Origin: Ureibacillus sp.
GTDB lineage: Bacteria > Bacillota > Bacilli > Bacillales_A > Planococcaceae
Direction of reading: 5' to 3'
DNA length: 64,000 nucleotides
Assembly (NCBI GenBank): GCA_031178355.1
Contig: JAPSJC010000001.1
Location: 124,669-188,668 of the forward strand
Under the pieces are notes generated by a model that saw only the letters and a program-made list of their open reading frames with translations, was not told where the DNA came from and searched no databases. Below are positions 29,739-40,880 of the stretch, one piece after another. Each line of letters opens with the position of its first letter. Within the stretch, counting starts at the first letter, position 1. Made by a program: the position numbers and the translations under genes.

Positions 29739-30392
29739 GTGAGAAATTTGTTAAATGTAAAATTATATTCATTAGGACCCATACAAACGAATTGTTACAT
29801 GATCAGTAATAAACAAAAAGAATGTATTATTTTTGATCCAGGAGAAGAGGCCGCAAAAATAATTAAAGAAATTCGTATTAATCAGTATAAACCGTTAGCA
29901 ATCTTTTTAACCCACACACATTTTGATCATATTGGTGCGGTAGAAGGTTTAGTTGAGGAATTCAATTTACCGGTATACGTTCATGAAAAAGAAGTTAGTT
30001 GGTTATCAGATCCAATGAAAAATGGATCAGGAAAATATGCTGAACTTCCGAATTATATTGTTAAATTACCCGAAGAGCCTCAAATTATTCGTAAAGAGCA
30101 AAAAATTGAAGTAGGAGGATTTACGTTTAAAGCTGTTTTTACACCTGGACATTCACCTGGTAGTATTTCTTATATATTTGAGAATGATGGTTTTGCTATA
30201 GTAGGCGATACGTTATTTGAACGGAGTATTGGAAGAACAGATTTAATAGGTGGTTCCTTAGAAATACTTTTAAAATCTATCCATGAAAAATTGCTCTCTC
30301 TTCCCGAAGATACAATTATTTACCCAGGACACGGATCTTATACAACACCTGCAGCCGAAATGGAAATGAATCCATTCCTAAATGGCTTTTAA
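29739..30392 (+). CDS. Metallo-beta-lactamase-fold hydrolase (YqgX-like)
   Basis: THTHFDHIG, TPGHSPG, GDTLF, PGHG. Confidence 0.92.
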   Translation: MRNLLNVKLYSLGPIQTNCYMISNKQKECIIFDPGEEAAKIIKEIRINQYKPLAIFLTHTHFDHIGAVEGLVEEFNLPVYVHEKEVSWLSDPMKNGSGKYAELPNYIVKLPEEPQIIRKEQKIEVGGFTFKAVFTPGHSPGSISYIFENDGFAIVGDTLFERSIGRTDLIGGSLEILLKSIHEKLLSLPEDTIIYPGHGSYTTPAAEMEMNPFLNGF

Positions 30393-30434
30393 AAGTACGT
30401 AATGTAGAGGTATGTGCTGAATATTGAAACAAAA

Positions 30435-30464
30435 AAACACCGATTGCAAACGCAATCGGTGTTT
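30435..30464. terminator. Bidirectional terminator
   Basis: AAACACCGATTGC/GCAATCGGTGTTT. Confidence 0.8.
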
Positions 30465-30469
30465 GTTTA

Positions 30470-30712
30470 TTAATGTCCGCCACCTGGCATGTGTATGAAT
30501 GTTGTATAATACGTGAAACCAGCCCAGAATACTGTTAAGTAAGCACCGAATATATACAAGTACATTCTTTCGGAAAGGTTTAAGAAGCCTAATAATAAGA
30601 ATAATCCAGTATTACCTAAGAATAATAGCGCAACCTCGTTCATACCACCGAGATAGAAGAAAACGGCAAAAATACCTGTAAACCAAGCCATAACCTTATA
30701 CATGTTACTCAT
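30470..30712 (-). CDS. Small membrane protein DUF2626 (YqgY-like)
   Basis: LSERMYLYIFGAYLTVF.AGFTYYTTF motif; AAGGAGGGG RBS; synteny. Confidence 0.8.
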   Translation of the reverse strand: MSNMYKVMAWFTGIFAVFFYLGGMNEVALLFLGNTGLFLLLGFLNLSERMYLYIFGAYLTVFWAGFTYYTTFIHMPGGGH

Positions 30713-30865
30713 GAAGAAATCCCCTCCTTTTGCCATACGACACAATTATCTCAACTTTTATTATAAATGATTTTGAACAAAAATGTAAACTGATACTTTA
30801 GATAGTTTGTGACAATCAAGTGGAAATGATTATATATTTTGCAAATCTTTAATATTTATTTCATA

Positions 30866-31540
30866 TTAACAGGTATTACAACTATTTTCCATACTAGTAA
30901 TATGAATAAAATCATTGTTAGGGAACAAAGCATCAATTTGTCCCTTTAAATAGGATTCATGACATTTACAAATTAAATGTGAGTGTTCTGAGATTTGCTC
31001 TTTAAATGGACAATGATCAATTTCAAAAAATATCTGTTTGTTCCCATCTTTTTTAACAATTGTAGGAACATAACCAAAGTTCGTTGCATTTTTTGTTAAA
31101 AAATCTATCTTTTCATTAATTGTAATAGCTGTCTTTTTACTATCAAAATGAGCCTTCATTTCATTATAACCATCTTGATAACTAATTAATTTAAGTTTTT
31201 CAATTGCTTCATTACCAATTTCTGATATAAATTGTAAAGTCCAATTTAAAAGTGTTTCAAAATCTCTATTCGGAAAACTTATCACAATGCCACGCTCAGT
31301 TGCATGATAAGCTCTACCTGGTCTGCCTCCTTTTCCTGATTTTATAAATTCACCCTGGACAATTCCTATTTCACATAATTTCGTTAAATGTAAACGTGCG
31401 ACATTAGGATGAATACTAAATAATTCAGCGATTTCTTGAACTGTATAATATTTTTTGTTCTGTAGTATATATTGGTAAATTTGATAGCGAGTTTCATCAG
31501 CTAATGTGCTCATTATTTTAAGATTATTTATCGAAATCAC
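30866..31540 (-). CDS. ArsR/SufR-like winged-HTH regulator with C-terminal Cys cluster (possibly C-terminally truncated)
   Basis: LADETRYQIY, HPNVARLHLTKL, GGRPGRAY, CPF, C..H, C..C. Confidence 0.8.
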   Translation of the reverse strand: MISINNLKIMSTLADETRYQIYQYILQNKKYYTVQEIAELFSIHPNVARLHLTKLCEIGIVQGEFIKSGKGGRPGRAYHATERGIVISFPNRDFETLLNWTLQFISEIGNEAIEKLKLISYQDGYNEMKAHFDSKKTAITINEKIDFLTKNATNFGYVPTIVKKDGNKQIFFEIDHCPFKEQISEHSHLICKCHESYLKGQIDALFPNNDFIHITSMENSCNTC

Positions 31541-31817
31541 CTCTTTCTTCTAAAAAAACCATTTAAACTCTATTTTAGCCTTTCTTTTTCTAGAATGATA
31601 GTATTTAAATAATATTTTTCAATAGTGAAAATAATTTCAAATAATACCTTTTTGGTAGAAATATATTGAATAGCCAAAATTTAGTGTGAAAATTAAAATT
31701 TGTGATATTAAACATGGAGCAAATAAAAACATTGGCAAAAAGGGTTTTATTTAATGAGAAACCAAATTATACTAATCTCAAATAACCGCGGTCATTTATT
31801 CTAAGTGTAAAATAGAG

Positions 31818-32840
31818 GTGTTAAAGTTGAATGTTGAAATAGTTGTAGAAAATAAAAGCGAGCAACTATTATTGAGAGGGTTATTATTCGGAGCATCTGA
31901 TATTCATATCGTACCAACTAGTAACAATTATACGATCCATTTTAGAAAGTATGGTAAATTGTTTGACGCTGGAGACATATCTCAAGATTTAGGAACAAGA
32001 ATTATTTCCTATTTTAAATTTTTATCATCCTTAGATATTAGCGAGAAAAGAAAACCGCAAAGTGGTTCATTTCAAAAAGAAATGCAAAATAAACTGTATG
32101 CATTTCGAGTGTCTACATTACCTTCCGTTTTCCAAAAAGAAAGCCTCGTGATTCGACTCATGTTGCAAAATGCAACTTATTCTATATCTTCACTTTGTTA
32201 CTATCAAAAATCAGCTGAAAAATTAACTAATCTAGTATCTAATCGCCAGGGCTTAGTGTTATTTTGTGGGGCTACAGGTTCTGGAAAAACCACTTCGATG
32301 TATTCTTTAATCAATTATTGTAGTCAAACATTATCAAGACATGTGATATCACTTGAAGACCCAGTTGAAAACAACCAAGAAAATCTACTTCAAATTCAAG
32401 TAAATGAGAGAGCTGGAGTGACTTATGCTGCTGGGTTGAAAGCGATATTAAGGCATTCACCCGATGTTATAATGATTGGTGAAATAAGAGACCGAGAAAC
32501 AGCAAAGATTGCAATAGAAGCATCTTTAACTGGACATCTTGTATTATCTACAATCCATGCAAAAAATTCAGTGAACTGTATTTATCGATTAATGGATTTG
32601 GGCATAACGATTGAAGAAATTAGGCAATCGTTAGTAGGAATTGTTGCACAGTGCTTAGTCCAAATCGACAAAAAAGATCAAAGAAAGGCATTATATGAAA
32701 TATTGAGTGATAGCTTTCTTTTTGAAGCAATAGCGGCAACCATGCGTGGAGAACAATATTTCCTTCCTAAAGATGAAACATTAATTTATCAATCGCGGAG
32801 TATTGAGGTGGAAGAACAATTTGCTTCGACAAGTATATAA
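31818..32840 (+). CDS. comGA: Competence pilus assembly ATPase
   Basis: ASDIH, GATGSGKTT, LEDPVE, LRHSPDVIMIGEIRD, TGHLVLSTIH. Confidence 0.93.
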   Translation: MLKLNVEIVVENKSEQLLLRGLLFGASDIHIVPTSNNYTIHFRKYGKLFDAGDISQDLGTRIISYFKFLSSLDISEKRKPQSGSFQKEMQNKLYAFRVSTLPSVFQKESLVIRLMLQNATYSISSLCYYQKSAEKLTNLVSNRQGLVLFCGATGSGKTTSMYSLINYCSQTLSRHVISLEDPVENNQENLLQIQVNERAGVTYAAGLKAILRHSPDVIMIGEIRDRETAKIAIEASLTGHLVLSTIHAKNSVNCIYRLMDLGITIEEIRQSLVGIVAQCLVQIDKKDQRKALYEILSDSFLFEAIAATMRGEQYFLPKDETLIYQSRSIEVEEQFASTSI

Positions 32841-33882
32841 AATTAGTACTCGTTTCACTAGAAAAAAGGAGAAATTAAAACAAATACCCTCTTTATTACA
32901 GCGTATAAGTGTTCTATTAGAAGAGGGATATACCTTCTCAGATTCTATTCATATGTTACTACCTTATCATGCTGAAAATGTAGAATTTTGGCAAAAAGTA
33001 ATCCAAGAAAAAATGAGAAACGGTGAAAATGTTGTTCAAATTTTTAAAAGTTTTTCGATACCGAACCATTATTTAATTTCTATCCAAATAGCTGATGCTA
33101 ATGGAGAATTGGCAAAAACGTTAAAAATGATTGCCTACCAGATGGATTTCCAAGAAAAGATTAGAAAAAAATTATCTAAATTACTAGTTTATCCAATAAT
33201 ATTACTCTTTTTTCTAGTGTCGATATTTGTTGCTTTTAGAACATATTTTATGCCAAATATTAAACAAATCGTTGATTCAAGATCGCAAAGTGAAAAGTCG
33301 AATTTTACATTCCCAAATATAATATTGTATTTCCCTGATTTAATCATCCTCAGTATTTCCTTAGTGATAATCTTGTTTTTCCTCATATTCTTTATAATAA
33401 AAAAGCAATCCATTCAACACCAAATGAAGATTTTATTATCAATTCCAGTAGTTAATTATTTTTTTAAACTGCAACTAACGAGCCGATTTTCAAGATTAGT
33501 AGGTAGTTTACTTCTTGGTGGCTTTTCTCTACAGCAAACTCTAGAGATTTTAAAAGGACAACAGCTAAATGGATATTTGAGACATATCGCAGTGCACATT
33601 GAATCTAAAATCATTTATGGTGATCCGCTATCAAATGCGGTACATTATTCCAGTTTTTTCTTTCCTAAATTTGAAGAGTTCATTAAGCACGGTGAACAAA
33701 GTGGTTATTTAGGTAGAGAGCTGATGATTTATAGTGATTTATTAGATGAGCGTTTACATTCAATTGTAAAAACAGGTTTGTCATTCATACAACCACTATT
33801 TTTTGTCATTATTGCACTCTCAATCATTGCTGCGTATATAAGTATTTTACTGCCAATGTATAACATTATCGAAATAATTTAA
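32803..33882 (+). CDS. comGB: Competence pilus platform protein
   Basis: Two GspF-like repeats (LLEEGY, YP; GEQSG, IQP...LPMY). Confidence 0.9.
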   Translation: MRWKNNLLRQVYKISTRFTRKKEKLKQIPSLLQRISVLLEEGYTFSDSIHMLLPYHAENVEFWQKVIQEKMRNGENVVQIFKSFSIPNHYLISIQIADANGELAKTLKMIAYQMDFQEKIRKKLSKLLVYPIILLFFLVSIFVAFRTYFMPNIKQIVDSRSQSEKSNFTFPNIILYFPDLIILSISLVIILFFLIFFIIKKQSIQHQMKILLSIPVVNYFFKLQLTSRFSRLVGSLLLGGFSLQQTLEILKGQQLNGYLRHIAVHIESKIIYGDPLSNAVHYSSFFFPKFEEFIKHGEQSGYLGRELMIYSDLLDERLHSIVKTGLSFIQPLFFVIIALSIIAAYISILLPMYNIIEII

Positions 33883-33898
33883 AAAGAGAGGTTAAAGA

Positions 33899-34246
33899 AT
33901 GATTAAAAATCAAAAAGGCTTTACTTTAGTCGAAATGTTAATTGTTTTATTAATCATATCGATTTTAATTATCATTACAATTCCAAATGTAACGAAGCAT
34001 TTTGCCTCAATAGATGAAAAAGGTTGTGATGCATTTGTCAACATGGTCCAGGGACAGGTGGAGGCTTATAAAATTGAAAAACATACTTATCCCAAAGACG
34101 TAGCTGAATTAGTTTCGGCCGAGTATTTAAATGGTGAAGAAACGACATGCCCTAATGGACAGGCTATAGTGATTGAAGGTGGAAAAGTGAAGGCTGTAAA
34201 TAACATGGTTAACCCTGAAGAGCAAACAGATAGTGGAAATATATAA
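33899..34246 (+). CDS. comGC: Major competence pilin
   Basis: KG|FTLVEMLIVL prepilin site, IPN, QVEAY, Cys pair. Confidence 0.93.
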   Translation: MIKNQKGFTLVEMLIVLLIISILIIITIPNVTKHFASIDEKGCDAFVNMVQGQVEAYKIEKHTYPKDVAELVSAEYLNGEETTCPNGQAIVIEGGKVKAVNNMVNPEEQTDSGNI

Positions 34247-34316
34247 AGAGGGTAAATAGTTTGATCGATAAGTTTAGGTAGAATAAATCTAAATTTAGAA
34301 GGTGAGATTCTAGCAA

Positions 34317-34775
34317 TTGTTAAAACAACTTAATACCCAAAAAGGTTTTACATTCATAGAAGTGTTATTGGTTTTATTAGTACTGGTGATTGTTTCTTTA
34401 ATTATAAGCCGAATTTCTGTAAAAGCATTTGAAAAACAAGCAATAGAACAATTTTTTAAACAAGTTTCCTTAGACATTCAACAAATGCAAACGTTAGCGA
34501 TGAAAGAAGGGGTTTATACAACCATTCAATTTATTGATAATAATAACACTTACAAAGGTTTTCTACACAACGAACACAATAATCCTGAATTTGAAAGAAC
34601 GTTTCCTGAGGGAATTACTTTAAATTACTATAGTAATTTAAAATCGATTAAATTTAATAAGTTTGGTGACGTTCATGATTTTGGAAAAATTATTTTCTTT
34701 ACACCTGAGGGTCATAGAGAAGTGATCGTAAATATTGAAAAGGGGAGGTTAAGAATCAATGTACATGAACAATAA
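34317..34775 (+). CDS. comGD: Minor competence pilin
   Basis: KG|FTFIEVL prepilin site; C-terminal GRLR. Confidence 0.85.
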   Translation: MLKQLNTQKGFTFIEVLLVLLVLVIVSLIISRISVKAFEKQAIEQFFKQVSLDIQQMQTLAMKEGVYTTIQFIDNNNTYKGFLHNEHNNPEFERTFPEGITLNYYSNLKSIKFNKFGDVHDFGKIIFFTPEGHREVIVNIEKGRLRINVHEQ

Positions 34776-35076
34776 AGGAATCTCATTTGTAGAGGCCTTA
34801 CTCACTGTGGTTATTATCATGTTGTTAACAGGTTCTTTAATACCTATCAATTCCCAATTGAACGAGTCCTTACTTATCTCAAAGCTAAATTTGCATGTAT
34901 CACAAGTTGCATATAATGCAGCAAAACAAATAACGGGTGGCGAGATTTCGAATGGATTTGAAATGATTGAACGTACTGATTATAGATGGACGTTTGATGG
35001 ACAAAAGTTATGCGTTAATTATGAATTCTTCGAAGAGGTTAAAATGAAATGTTTTACTCGCGAAGGCAGTATTTAG
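34759..35076 (+). CDS. comGE: Minor competence pilin
   Basis: KG|ISFVEAL prepilin site; C-terminal Cys pair; position. Confidence 0.75.
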   Translation: MYMNNKGISFVEALLTVVIIMLLTGSLIPINSQLNESLLISKLNLHVSQVAYNAAKQITGGEISNGFEMIERTDYRWTFDGQKLCVNYEFFEEVKMKCFTREGSI

Positions 35077-35501
35077 AGAAAGGTTATACATTACTTGATG
35101 CGCTATATCATTTAATTGTATTTTTACTTTTCTCACATTTAATTTTATTAATACTTGTTTGGATTCAAAAACAAAACGAAACTTACCTAACCAATGAAAA
35201 TGTAACATGGGAGATATTTGTTAATGATTTTCAGCAGTATTTAGAGAATGTAAAAGAAATAGAAGTCGTTGGATACAATGACAAAATTGACATTTCATAT
35301 GTTGATACCGAGGAGACAATACAAATTGGCCAGTTAAAAGAAGTTATTAGAAAACAAGTTAGTTATGTAGGTAATGTTCCAATGTTAATTGGTATTCAAA
35401 ACTTAAGGTTCGAATTGGTTGAAAATAAACTTAAAATGAATGTTAAATTTCCAAATGGTATAGTAAAGGAGAGAGTCTTTATTGTTCAGTTACATAAATA
35501 A
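35049..35501 (+). CDS. comGF: Minor competence pilin
   Basis: KG|YTLLDAL site, WEIF, IRKQV..GNVPML motifs. Confidence 0.8.
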   Translation: MFYSRRQYLEKGYTLLDALYHLIVFLLFSHLILLILVWIQKQNETYLTNENVTWEIFVNDFQQYLENVKEIEVVGYNDKIDISYVDTEETIQIGQLKEVIRKQVSYVGNVPMLIGIQNLRFELVENKLKMNVKFPNGIVKERVFIVQLHK

Positions 35502-35670
35502 TGAAAAGGGTAGTATGTTTCTTTTAGCTATCCTATTATTATTTGTCATCCTAACCTCTCTTTTCTTTTATATTAATTCGTTTCAATCACAAATAAATAT
35601 TTATAATTCATTGGAATTCGTCAATGTTCGTGCTACGATAAATCTACTAGCAGAAAAAATTAACAATTAA
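35482..35670 (+). CDS. comGG: Short ComGG-like pilin
   Basis: NEKG|SMF plus hydrophobic helix without Glu5; last gene of comG; only 62 aa. Confidence 0.55.
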   Translation: MFSYINNEKGSMFLLAILLLFVILTSLFFYINSFQSQINIYNSLEFVNVRATINLLAEKINN

Positions 35671-35696
35671 GTCTTTTGTAGTGAAGTAGGTGGAAC

Positions 35697-36209
35697 ATGC
35701 GGAAAATTTATTTAGTCGGTTTTATGGGAAGTGGGAAAAGTGTAATTGGACGCAGATTAAGTTACACGCTAAAAATCCCTTATTACGATATGGATCGTGA
35801 AATTGTTAGACAACAAGGTATGACAATTCCAGAAATATTTGAAAAATATGGCGAAGAATATTTTCGGAAATTGGAAACTGAATTTTTGCAAAATTTTCGC
35901 AACGAAGCCTGTATTATCTCAACAGGTGGCGGTGTAGCAATGAATGAAGAAAATCGAAAAATTATGCGAAAAACAGGTTTAGTATTTTTTCTGGATGCTG
36001 ATTTTGAAGCTATTTATAAAAGAATAAAAAATGACAAAAATCGGCCAATTGTACAAAAGTCGACGAAAGTTGAATTGGAACAATTGTTTTATAATAGGAG
36101 AAAATATTATCGTGCTGCAGGGCATATAAGAGTATTAACAGAAACGAGAAGTATTAGGCAGATAGTCGAATACATCGCCTTTCAAGTGAATCGTCTTAAA
36201 GGCGAATGA
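35697..36209 (+). CDS. aroK: Shikimate kinase
   Basis: GFMGSGKS, D.D, GE..FR..E, STGGG, RP. Confidence 0.93.
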   Translation: MRKIYLVGFMGSGKSVIGRRLSYTLKIPYYDMDREIVRQQGMTIPEIFEKYGEEYFRKLETEFLQNFRNEACIISTGGGVAMNEENRKIMRKTGLVFFLDADFEAIYKRIKNDKNRPIVQKSTKVELEQLFYNRRKYYRAAGHIRVLTETRSIRQIVEYIAFQVNRLKGE

Positions 36210-36336
36210 AATGTATTTAAAATTAAATAATGTTCGGTTTTTTAACTAATTTTAAAAAAAGATTGCCTTCCAAACATATTCAATGTTAGGATATAGGCTA
36301 TAAATGGTGTTTTGAACATTGAATGTTGAATAGTTT

Positions 36337-36672
36337 GCGGATGAGTGTACGGGGAGAGAACGTGAACCCTGGCGAATCGGAAAACGTGTGAATTACAATG
36401 CATTTTTCTACAACAGATTCGCCTTAGGAATAAATCGTCGCCGAAGGAGCAAGTAGAGAAATCTATGAATCTCTCAGGCAAAAAGACTCGTACAGGACGC
36501 GTCTCTGGAGAGCGCTGTTAATTTCTTTAATTTTAATAACAAAACAAATTAAAGGTTAAAACGAACAGCCACCAAAGGGGAAAGCCTAAATGGACTTATT
36601 TTTAGGTGTAACTTTCAGGTGCAAGGACAGAGAATTCCTTCAGTAAATGAAGGGATTCGTCTGTCCTTTTTT
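36337..36672 (+). ncRNA. Tandem glycine riboswitch with terminator
   Basis: Leader GCGGATGA; aptamer 1 GGAGAG...CGCCGAAGGAGCAA...CTCTCAGGCAAAA; linker GGACGC; aptamer 2 CTCTGGAGAG...CACCAAAGGGGAAA...CTTTCAGGT...GGACAGAG; terminator ending CTGTCCTTTTTT; upstream of gcvT. Confidence 0.93.
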
Positions 36673-36779
36673 AGTGAAAAAACATATCTATATTAGAAAT
36701 TCAGTAACAAAATGATCTACTTGTAAAATGGCTATTGCAGGCGAAATTGGAAAGTTACTAATCAAAAAGGGGCGATATT

Positions 36780-37883
36780 ATGGAAGCCAATTTAAGACAA
36801 ACACCATTATACGGCGAATACTCAAAATATGGTGGAAAAACAATTGACTTTGGTGGCTGGGATTTACCAGTCCAGTTTACATCGATTAAAGAAGAACACG
36901 ATGCTGTGAGAAATCGTGCTGGCCTATTTGATGTATCACATATGGGTGAAATTTTTGTAGAAGGCAAAGATGCACTAAGTTACTTACAAAAGATATTGTC
37001 TAATGACATATCGAAAATTCAGGTAGGTGGCGCTCAATATAATGTTATGTGTTATGAAAATGGTGGAGTTGTTGATGACCTATTGGTATATTTCCTTCAA
37101 GAAAATCGTTATTTATTATGTGTTAATGCTGCCAATATTGAAAAAGATTTCGAATGGATGAAAAAACATGTAGAAGGTGATGTAATTGTCACTAATAAGT
37201 CAGACGAGTATGCCCAAATTGCGCTTCAAGGCCCCCTTTCTGAGGAAGTTTTACAACTATTTACTGACGTTAATCTATCAGAATTAAAGTCTTTTAAATT
37301 TATTGATGATATCACTATTGGTGGTCACCAAGTATTAGTATCTCGTACCGGATATACAGGTGAAGATGGTTTTGAAATCTATGGTGAGCCTTCAAGCATA
37401 ATAGACTTGTGGACTAGAATTTTAGAGTTAGGAAAAGAGAAAGGTGTTGTTCCTGCTGGATTAGGAGCTCGTGACACGCTACGTTTTGAAGCGGGTCTTC
37501 CACTTTATGGTCAAGAATTATCACGTGATATTTCACCTTTTGAGGCAGGAATGGGTTTTGCGGTGAAACTGCAAAAAGAATGCGAGTTTATTGGTAAAGA
37601 GGCATTAAAGGTACAAAAGGAAAATGGTTTACCACGTAAAATCGTTGGAGTTGAAATGATTGATAAAGGAATTCCTCGCCATGGCTATAAAGTTTTTAAA
37701 GACGGAATTGAAATTGGAGAGGTTACAACTGGTACTCAATTACCTTCTACAAAACGAAATGTTGGTCTAGCATTAATTGACGCAAAATTCACAGAACTTA
37801 ACACGGAAGTGGAAATTGAAATTCGTAATAAGAAGTTAAAAGCAAAAACTGTAGCAACACCTTTTTATAAGCGTGCAAAATAA
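36780..37883 (+). CDS. gcvT: Glycine cleavage aminomethyltransferase
   Basis: [39 protein letters not shown]. Confidence 0.96.
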   Translation: MEANLRQTPLYGEYSKYGGKTIDFGGWDLPVQFTSIKEEHDAVRNRAGLFDVSHMGEIFVEGKDALSYLQKILSNDISKIQVGGAQYNVMCYENGGVVDDLLVYFLQENRYLLCVNAANIEKDFEWMKKHVEGDVIVTNKSDEYAQIALQGPLSEEVLQLFTDVNLSELKSFKFIDDITIGGHQVLVSRTGYTGEDGFEIYGEPSSIIDLWTRILELGKEKGVVPAGLGARDTLRFEAGLPLYGQELSRDISPFEAGMGFAVKLQKECEFIGKEALKVQKENGLPRKIVGVEMIDKGIPRHGYKVFKDGIEIGEVTTGTQLPSTKRNVGLALIDAKFTELNTEVEIEIRNKKLKAKTVATPFYKRAK

Positions 37884-37906
37884 AAGAAAAGAGGGAATTA
37901 AAAAAC

Positions 37907-39253
37907 ATGACACATCGTTATCTTCCTATGACGGAAACTGATAAAAAAGAAATGTTAGAGACAATTGGTGTAAATAGTATTGATGAATTATTTTCAGATA
38001 TTCCTGAAAAAGTTCGTTTCAAAGGCTTATTAAATATTCCAAAGGCGAAATCGGAATCCTCTTTATTAAAAGAACTTAAACAATTAGCTTCTAAAAATAA
38101 TGATACAGATTCTAATGTTTCTTTCTTAGGTGCGGGTATTTACAATCACTATAAGCCTGTAATTGTAGACCATGTTATTTCTCGTTCTGAATTTTATACT
38201 GCTTATACACCATATCAACCTGAAATTTCCCAAGGTGAGCTACAAGCCATTTTTGAATTCCAAACAATGATCGCTGAACTTACTGGTATGGATTTAGCAA
38301 ACTCTTCTATGTATGATGGTGGAACATCACTAGCTGAAGCTGGGATGTTAGCTGCTGCTCATACAAAACGTAAAAAGTTACTAGTTTCTGAATCGGTTCA
38401 TCCTGAATACCGTGAAGTTGTTACTACTTATGCAAAAGGGCAATCGATTGAAATCGTACTAGTTCCAGCTAAAAATGGTGTTACAGATATTGAAGCGTTA
38501 AAAGGGTTACTAGATAGTGATACAGCAGCAGTTATGGTTCAGTATCCAAACTTCTTCGGTCAAATTGAAGATATTAAAACAATTGGTAAGCTAACACACG
38601 AAGCAAAAAGTTTATACGTTGTATCATCTAATCCTCTTGCTTTAGGAGTATTAACACCGCCAGGAAAGCTAGGTGCGGATATTACAGTAGGTGATGCTCA
38701 ACCATTTGGTATACCAGAGAGCTTTGGTGGACCATACTGTGGTTATTTCGCAACAACAAAACAGTTAATGCGTAAAGTCCCAGGCCGTTTAGTCGGTGAA
38801 ACGTTGGACCAAAATGGGCTCCGAGGATACGTATTAACATTGCAAGCACGTGAACAACATATTCGTCGTGAAAAAGCGACTTCTAATATTTGTTCAAACC
38901 AAGCATTACTTGCTCTTGCATCATCTGTTGCTATGACAGCATTAGGAAAACAAGGAATACAAGAAATGGCAAAACAAAATATAGTTAAAACTCGATTTGC
39001 AAAGAATGCATTTGAGGCTGCAGGGTTTGAGGTACCTTTCCAAGGAGCTCATTTTAACGAAATTGTTGTGAAAACCAATAAACCTGTCCAAGAAATAAAT
39101 AAAATTTTATTACAAAAAGGTATCATCGGTGGTTTTGATTTAGGTCGTCTCTATCCCGAATTAGAAAATCATGTGTTGATCGCAGTTACTGAATTGCGTA
39201 CGAAAGAGGAAATCGAAGCATTAGTTGCAGAAATGGGGGCTTACAATGCATAA
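37907..39253 (+). CDS. gcvPA: Glycine dehydrogenase subunit 1
   Basis: [30 protein letters not shown]. Confidence 0.96.
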   Translation: MTHRYLPMTETDKKEMLETIGVNSIDELFSDIPEKVRFKGLLNIPKAKSESSLLKELKQLASKNNDTDSNVSFLGAGIYNHYKPVIVDHVISRSEFYTAYTPYQPEISQGELQAIFEFQTMIAELTGMDLANSSMYDGGTSLAEAGMLAAAHTKRKKLLVSESVHPEYREVVTTYAKGQSIEIVLVPAKNGVTDIEALKGLLDSDTAAVMVQYPNFFGQIEDIKTIGKLTHEAKSLYVVSSNPLALGVLTPPGKLGADITVGDAQPFGIPESFGGPYCGYFATTKQLMRKVPGRLVGETLDQNGLRGYVLTLQAREQHIRREKATSNICSNQALLALASSVAMTALGKQGIQEMAKQNIVKTRFAKNAFEAAGFEVPFQGAHFNEIVVKTNKPVQEINKILLQKGIIGGFDLGRLYPELENHVLIAVTELRTKEEIEALVAEMGAYNA

Positions 39254-40709
39254 CGAGAACCAATCATTAATATTTGAATTAACAAAAGAAGGTCGAGTAG
39301 GCTACAGTTTACCTGAATTAGATGTACAGGATTTTGACTTAACTGAGCTCTTACCAGAAGGATATATTCGCGAGGAAGCTGCTGAACTGCCTGAAGTTTC
39401 TGAGTTAGATATAATGCGTCATTATACTGCATTATCTCGTCGTAATCACGGAGTAGATTCAGGATTCTACCCTTTAGGTTCTTGTACAATGAAATATAAT
39501 CCGAAAATTAATGAAAATGTTGCCCGCATTTCAGGATTTGCAAATATTCACCCGTTACAAGATGAATCAACAGTACAGGGAGCTATGGAGCTACTTTATA
39601 ATTTACAAACATCTCTTGTTGAGATTACTGGAATGGATGAAGTAACATTACAACCAGCTGCTGGTGCTCATGGTGAATGGACTGCACTTATGATGATTCG
39701 TGCTTTCCATGAGGCGAATGGAGAAGGTCATCGTAATAAAGTAATTGTCCCTGACTCTGCTCATGGAACAAACCCTGCTTCAGCTACTGTTGCTGGTTTT
39801 GAAACTATTACCGTCAAATCAAATGAAGATGGTTTAGTAGATCTTGATGATTTACGCCGAGTAGTCGGAGAAGATACTGCGGCACTTATGCTTACAAATC
39901 CTAATACATTAGGGTTATTTGAAGAAAATATTATTGAAATGGCTGACATTATTCATAGTGTTGGTGGCAAAGTGTACTATGATGGTGCAAACTTAAACGC
40001 TGTTATGTCTAAAGCGCGTCCTGGAGACATGGGCTTTGACTGTGTTCACTTAAACTTACACAAAACATTTACTGGTCCTCACGGTGGTGGTGGTCCTGGT
40101 TCAGGTCCTGTAGGGGTTAAGGCTGATTTAATTCCATTCTTACCAAAGCCAGTACTAGTGAAGCAAGAAGACGGTACATTCCATTTTGATTATGATCGAC
40201 CAGAATCTATTGGGCGTGTTAAACCTTTTTATGGAAACTTTGGTATTAATGTTCGTGCTTATACTTATATTCGAACTATGGGCCCAGAAGGGTTAAAAGA
40301 TGTAACTGAATATGCTGTATTAAACGCAAACTACATGATGCGTCGATTAGAGCCTTACTTTGATCTGCCATACAATCGTCATTGTAAGCATGAATTTGTA
40401 TTATCTGGACGTCGTCAAAAGAAATTAGGAGTACGTACATTAGATATAGCTAAACGTTTACTAGATTTCGGGTACCATCCACCAACAATATACTTCCCGC
40501 TAAATGTTGAAGAGGGAATGATGATTGAGCCAACAGAGACAGAATCTAAAGAAACGTTAGATGCATTCTGTGATGCAATGATTCAAATTGCTAAAGAAAC
40601 AGAAGAAAATCCAACAATCGTTCAAGAAGCACCCCATACAACTGTTGTTAGTCGTTTAGATGAGACGCGTGCTGCTAGAACGCCTGTACTTCGTTATCAA
40701 AAAGCATAG
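39246..40709 (+). CDS. gcvPB: Glycine dehydrogenase subunit 2
   Basis: [21 protein letters not shown] lysine, PHGGGGPG. Confidence 0.96.
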   Translation: MHNENQSLIFELTKEGRVGYSLPELDVQDFDLTELLPEGYIREEAAELPEVSELDIMRHYTALSRRNHGVDSGFYPLGSCTMKYNPKINENVARISGFANIHPLQDESTVQGAMELLYNLQTSLVEITGMDEVTLQPAAGAHGEWTALMMIRAFHEANGEGHRNKVIVPDSAHGTNPASATVAGFETITVKSNEDGLVDLDDLRRVVGEDTAALMLTNPNTLGLFEENIIEMADIIHSVGGKVYYDGANLNAVMSKARPGDMGFDCVHLNLHKTFTGPHGGGGPGSGPVGVKADLIPFLPKPVLVKQEDGTFHFDYDRPESIGRVKPFYGNFGINVRAYTYIRTMGPEGLKDVTEYAVLNANYMMRRLEPYFDLPYNRHCKHEFVLSGRRQKKLGVRTLDIAKRLLDFGYHPPTIYFPLNVEEGMMIEPTETESKETLDAFCDAMIQIAKETEENPTIVQEAPHTTVVSRLDETRAARTPVLRYQKA

Positions 40710-40718
40710 AGTATTAAA

Positions 40719-40753
40719 AACAAGATCCCGAGCAGACTCTCGTGGATCTTGTT
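40719..40753 (+). terminator. Hairpin after gcvPB
   Basis: AACAAGATCC/GGATCTTGTT. Confidence 0.65.
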
Positions 40754-40880
40754 AATAAAAAAATAATTAACTATATTTATCGAATAGAGATTAAATAATT
40801 TATGGGTTAACTATTCAATGTCACTAAATAAATTTTGAGTTCCTTCTATTATATATAAAGTTTTCGCAATATTTGTATAC

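Noticed and set aside
31818-33882. Idea that ComGA/ComGB replace the missing SpoIIIAA/AB
   Set aside because: Only a loose family analogy; no SigE promoter seen upstream of comGA and no sequence evidence of coupling.
36242-36481. 79-aa minus-strand ORF
   Set aside because: Antisense to the glycine riboswitch; no RBS or recognisable motif.
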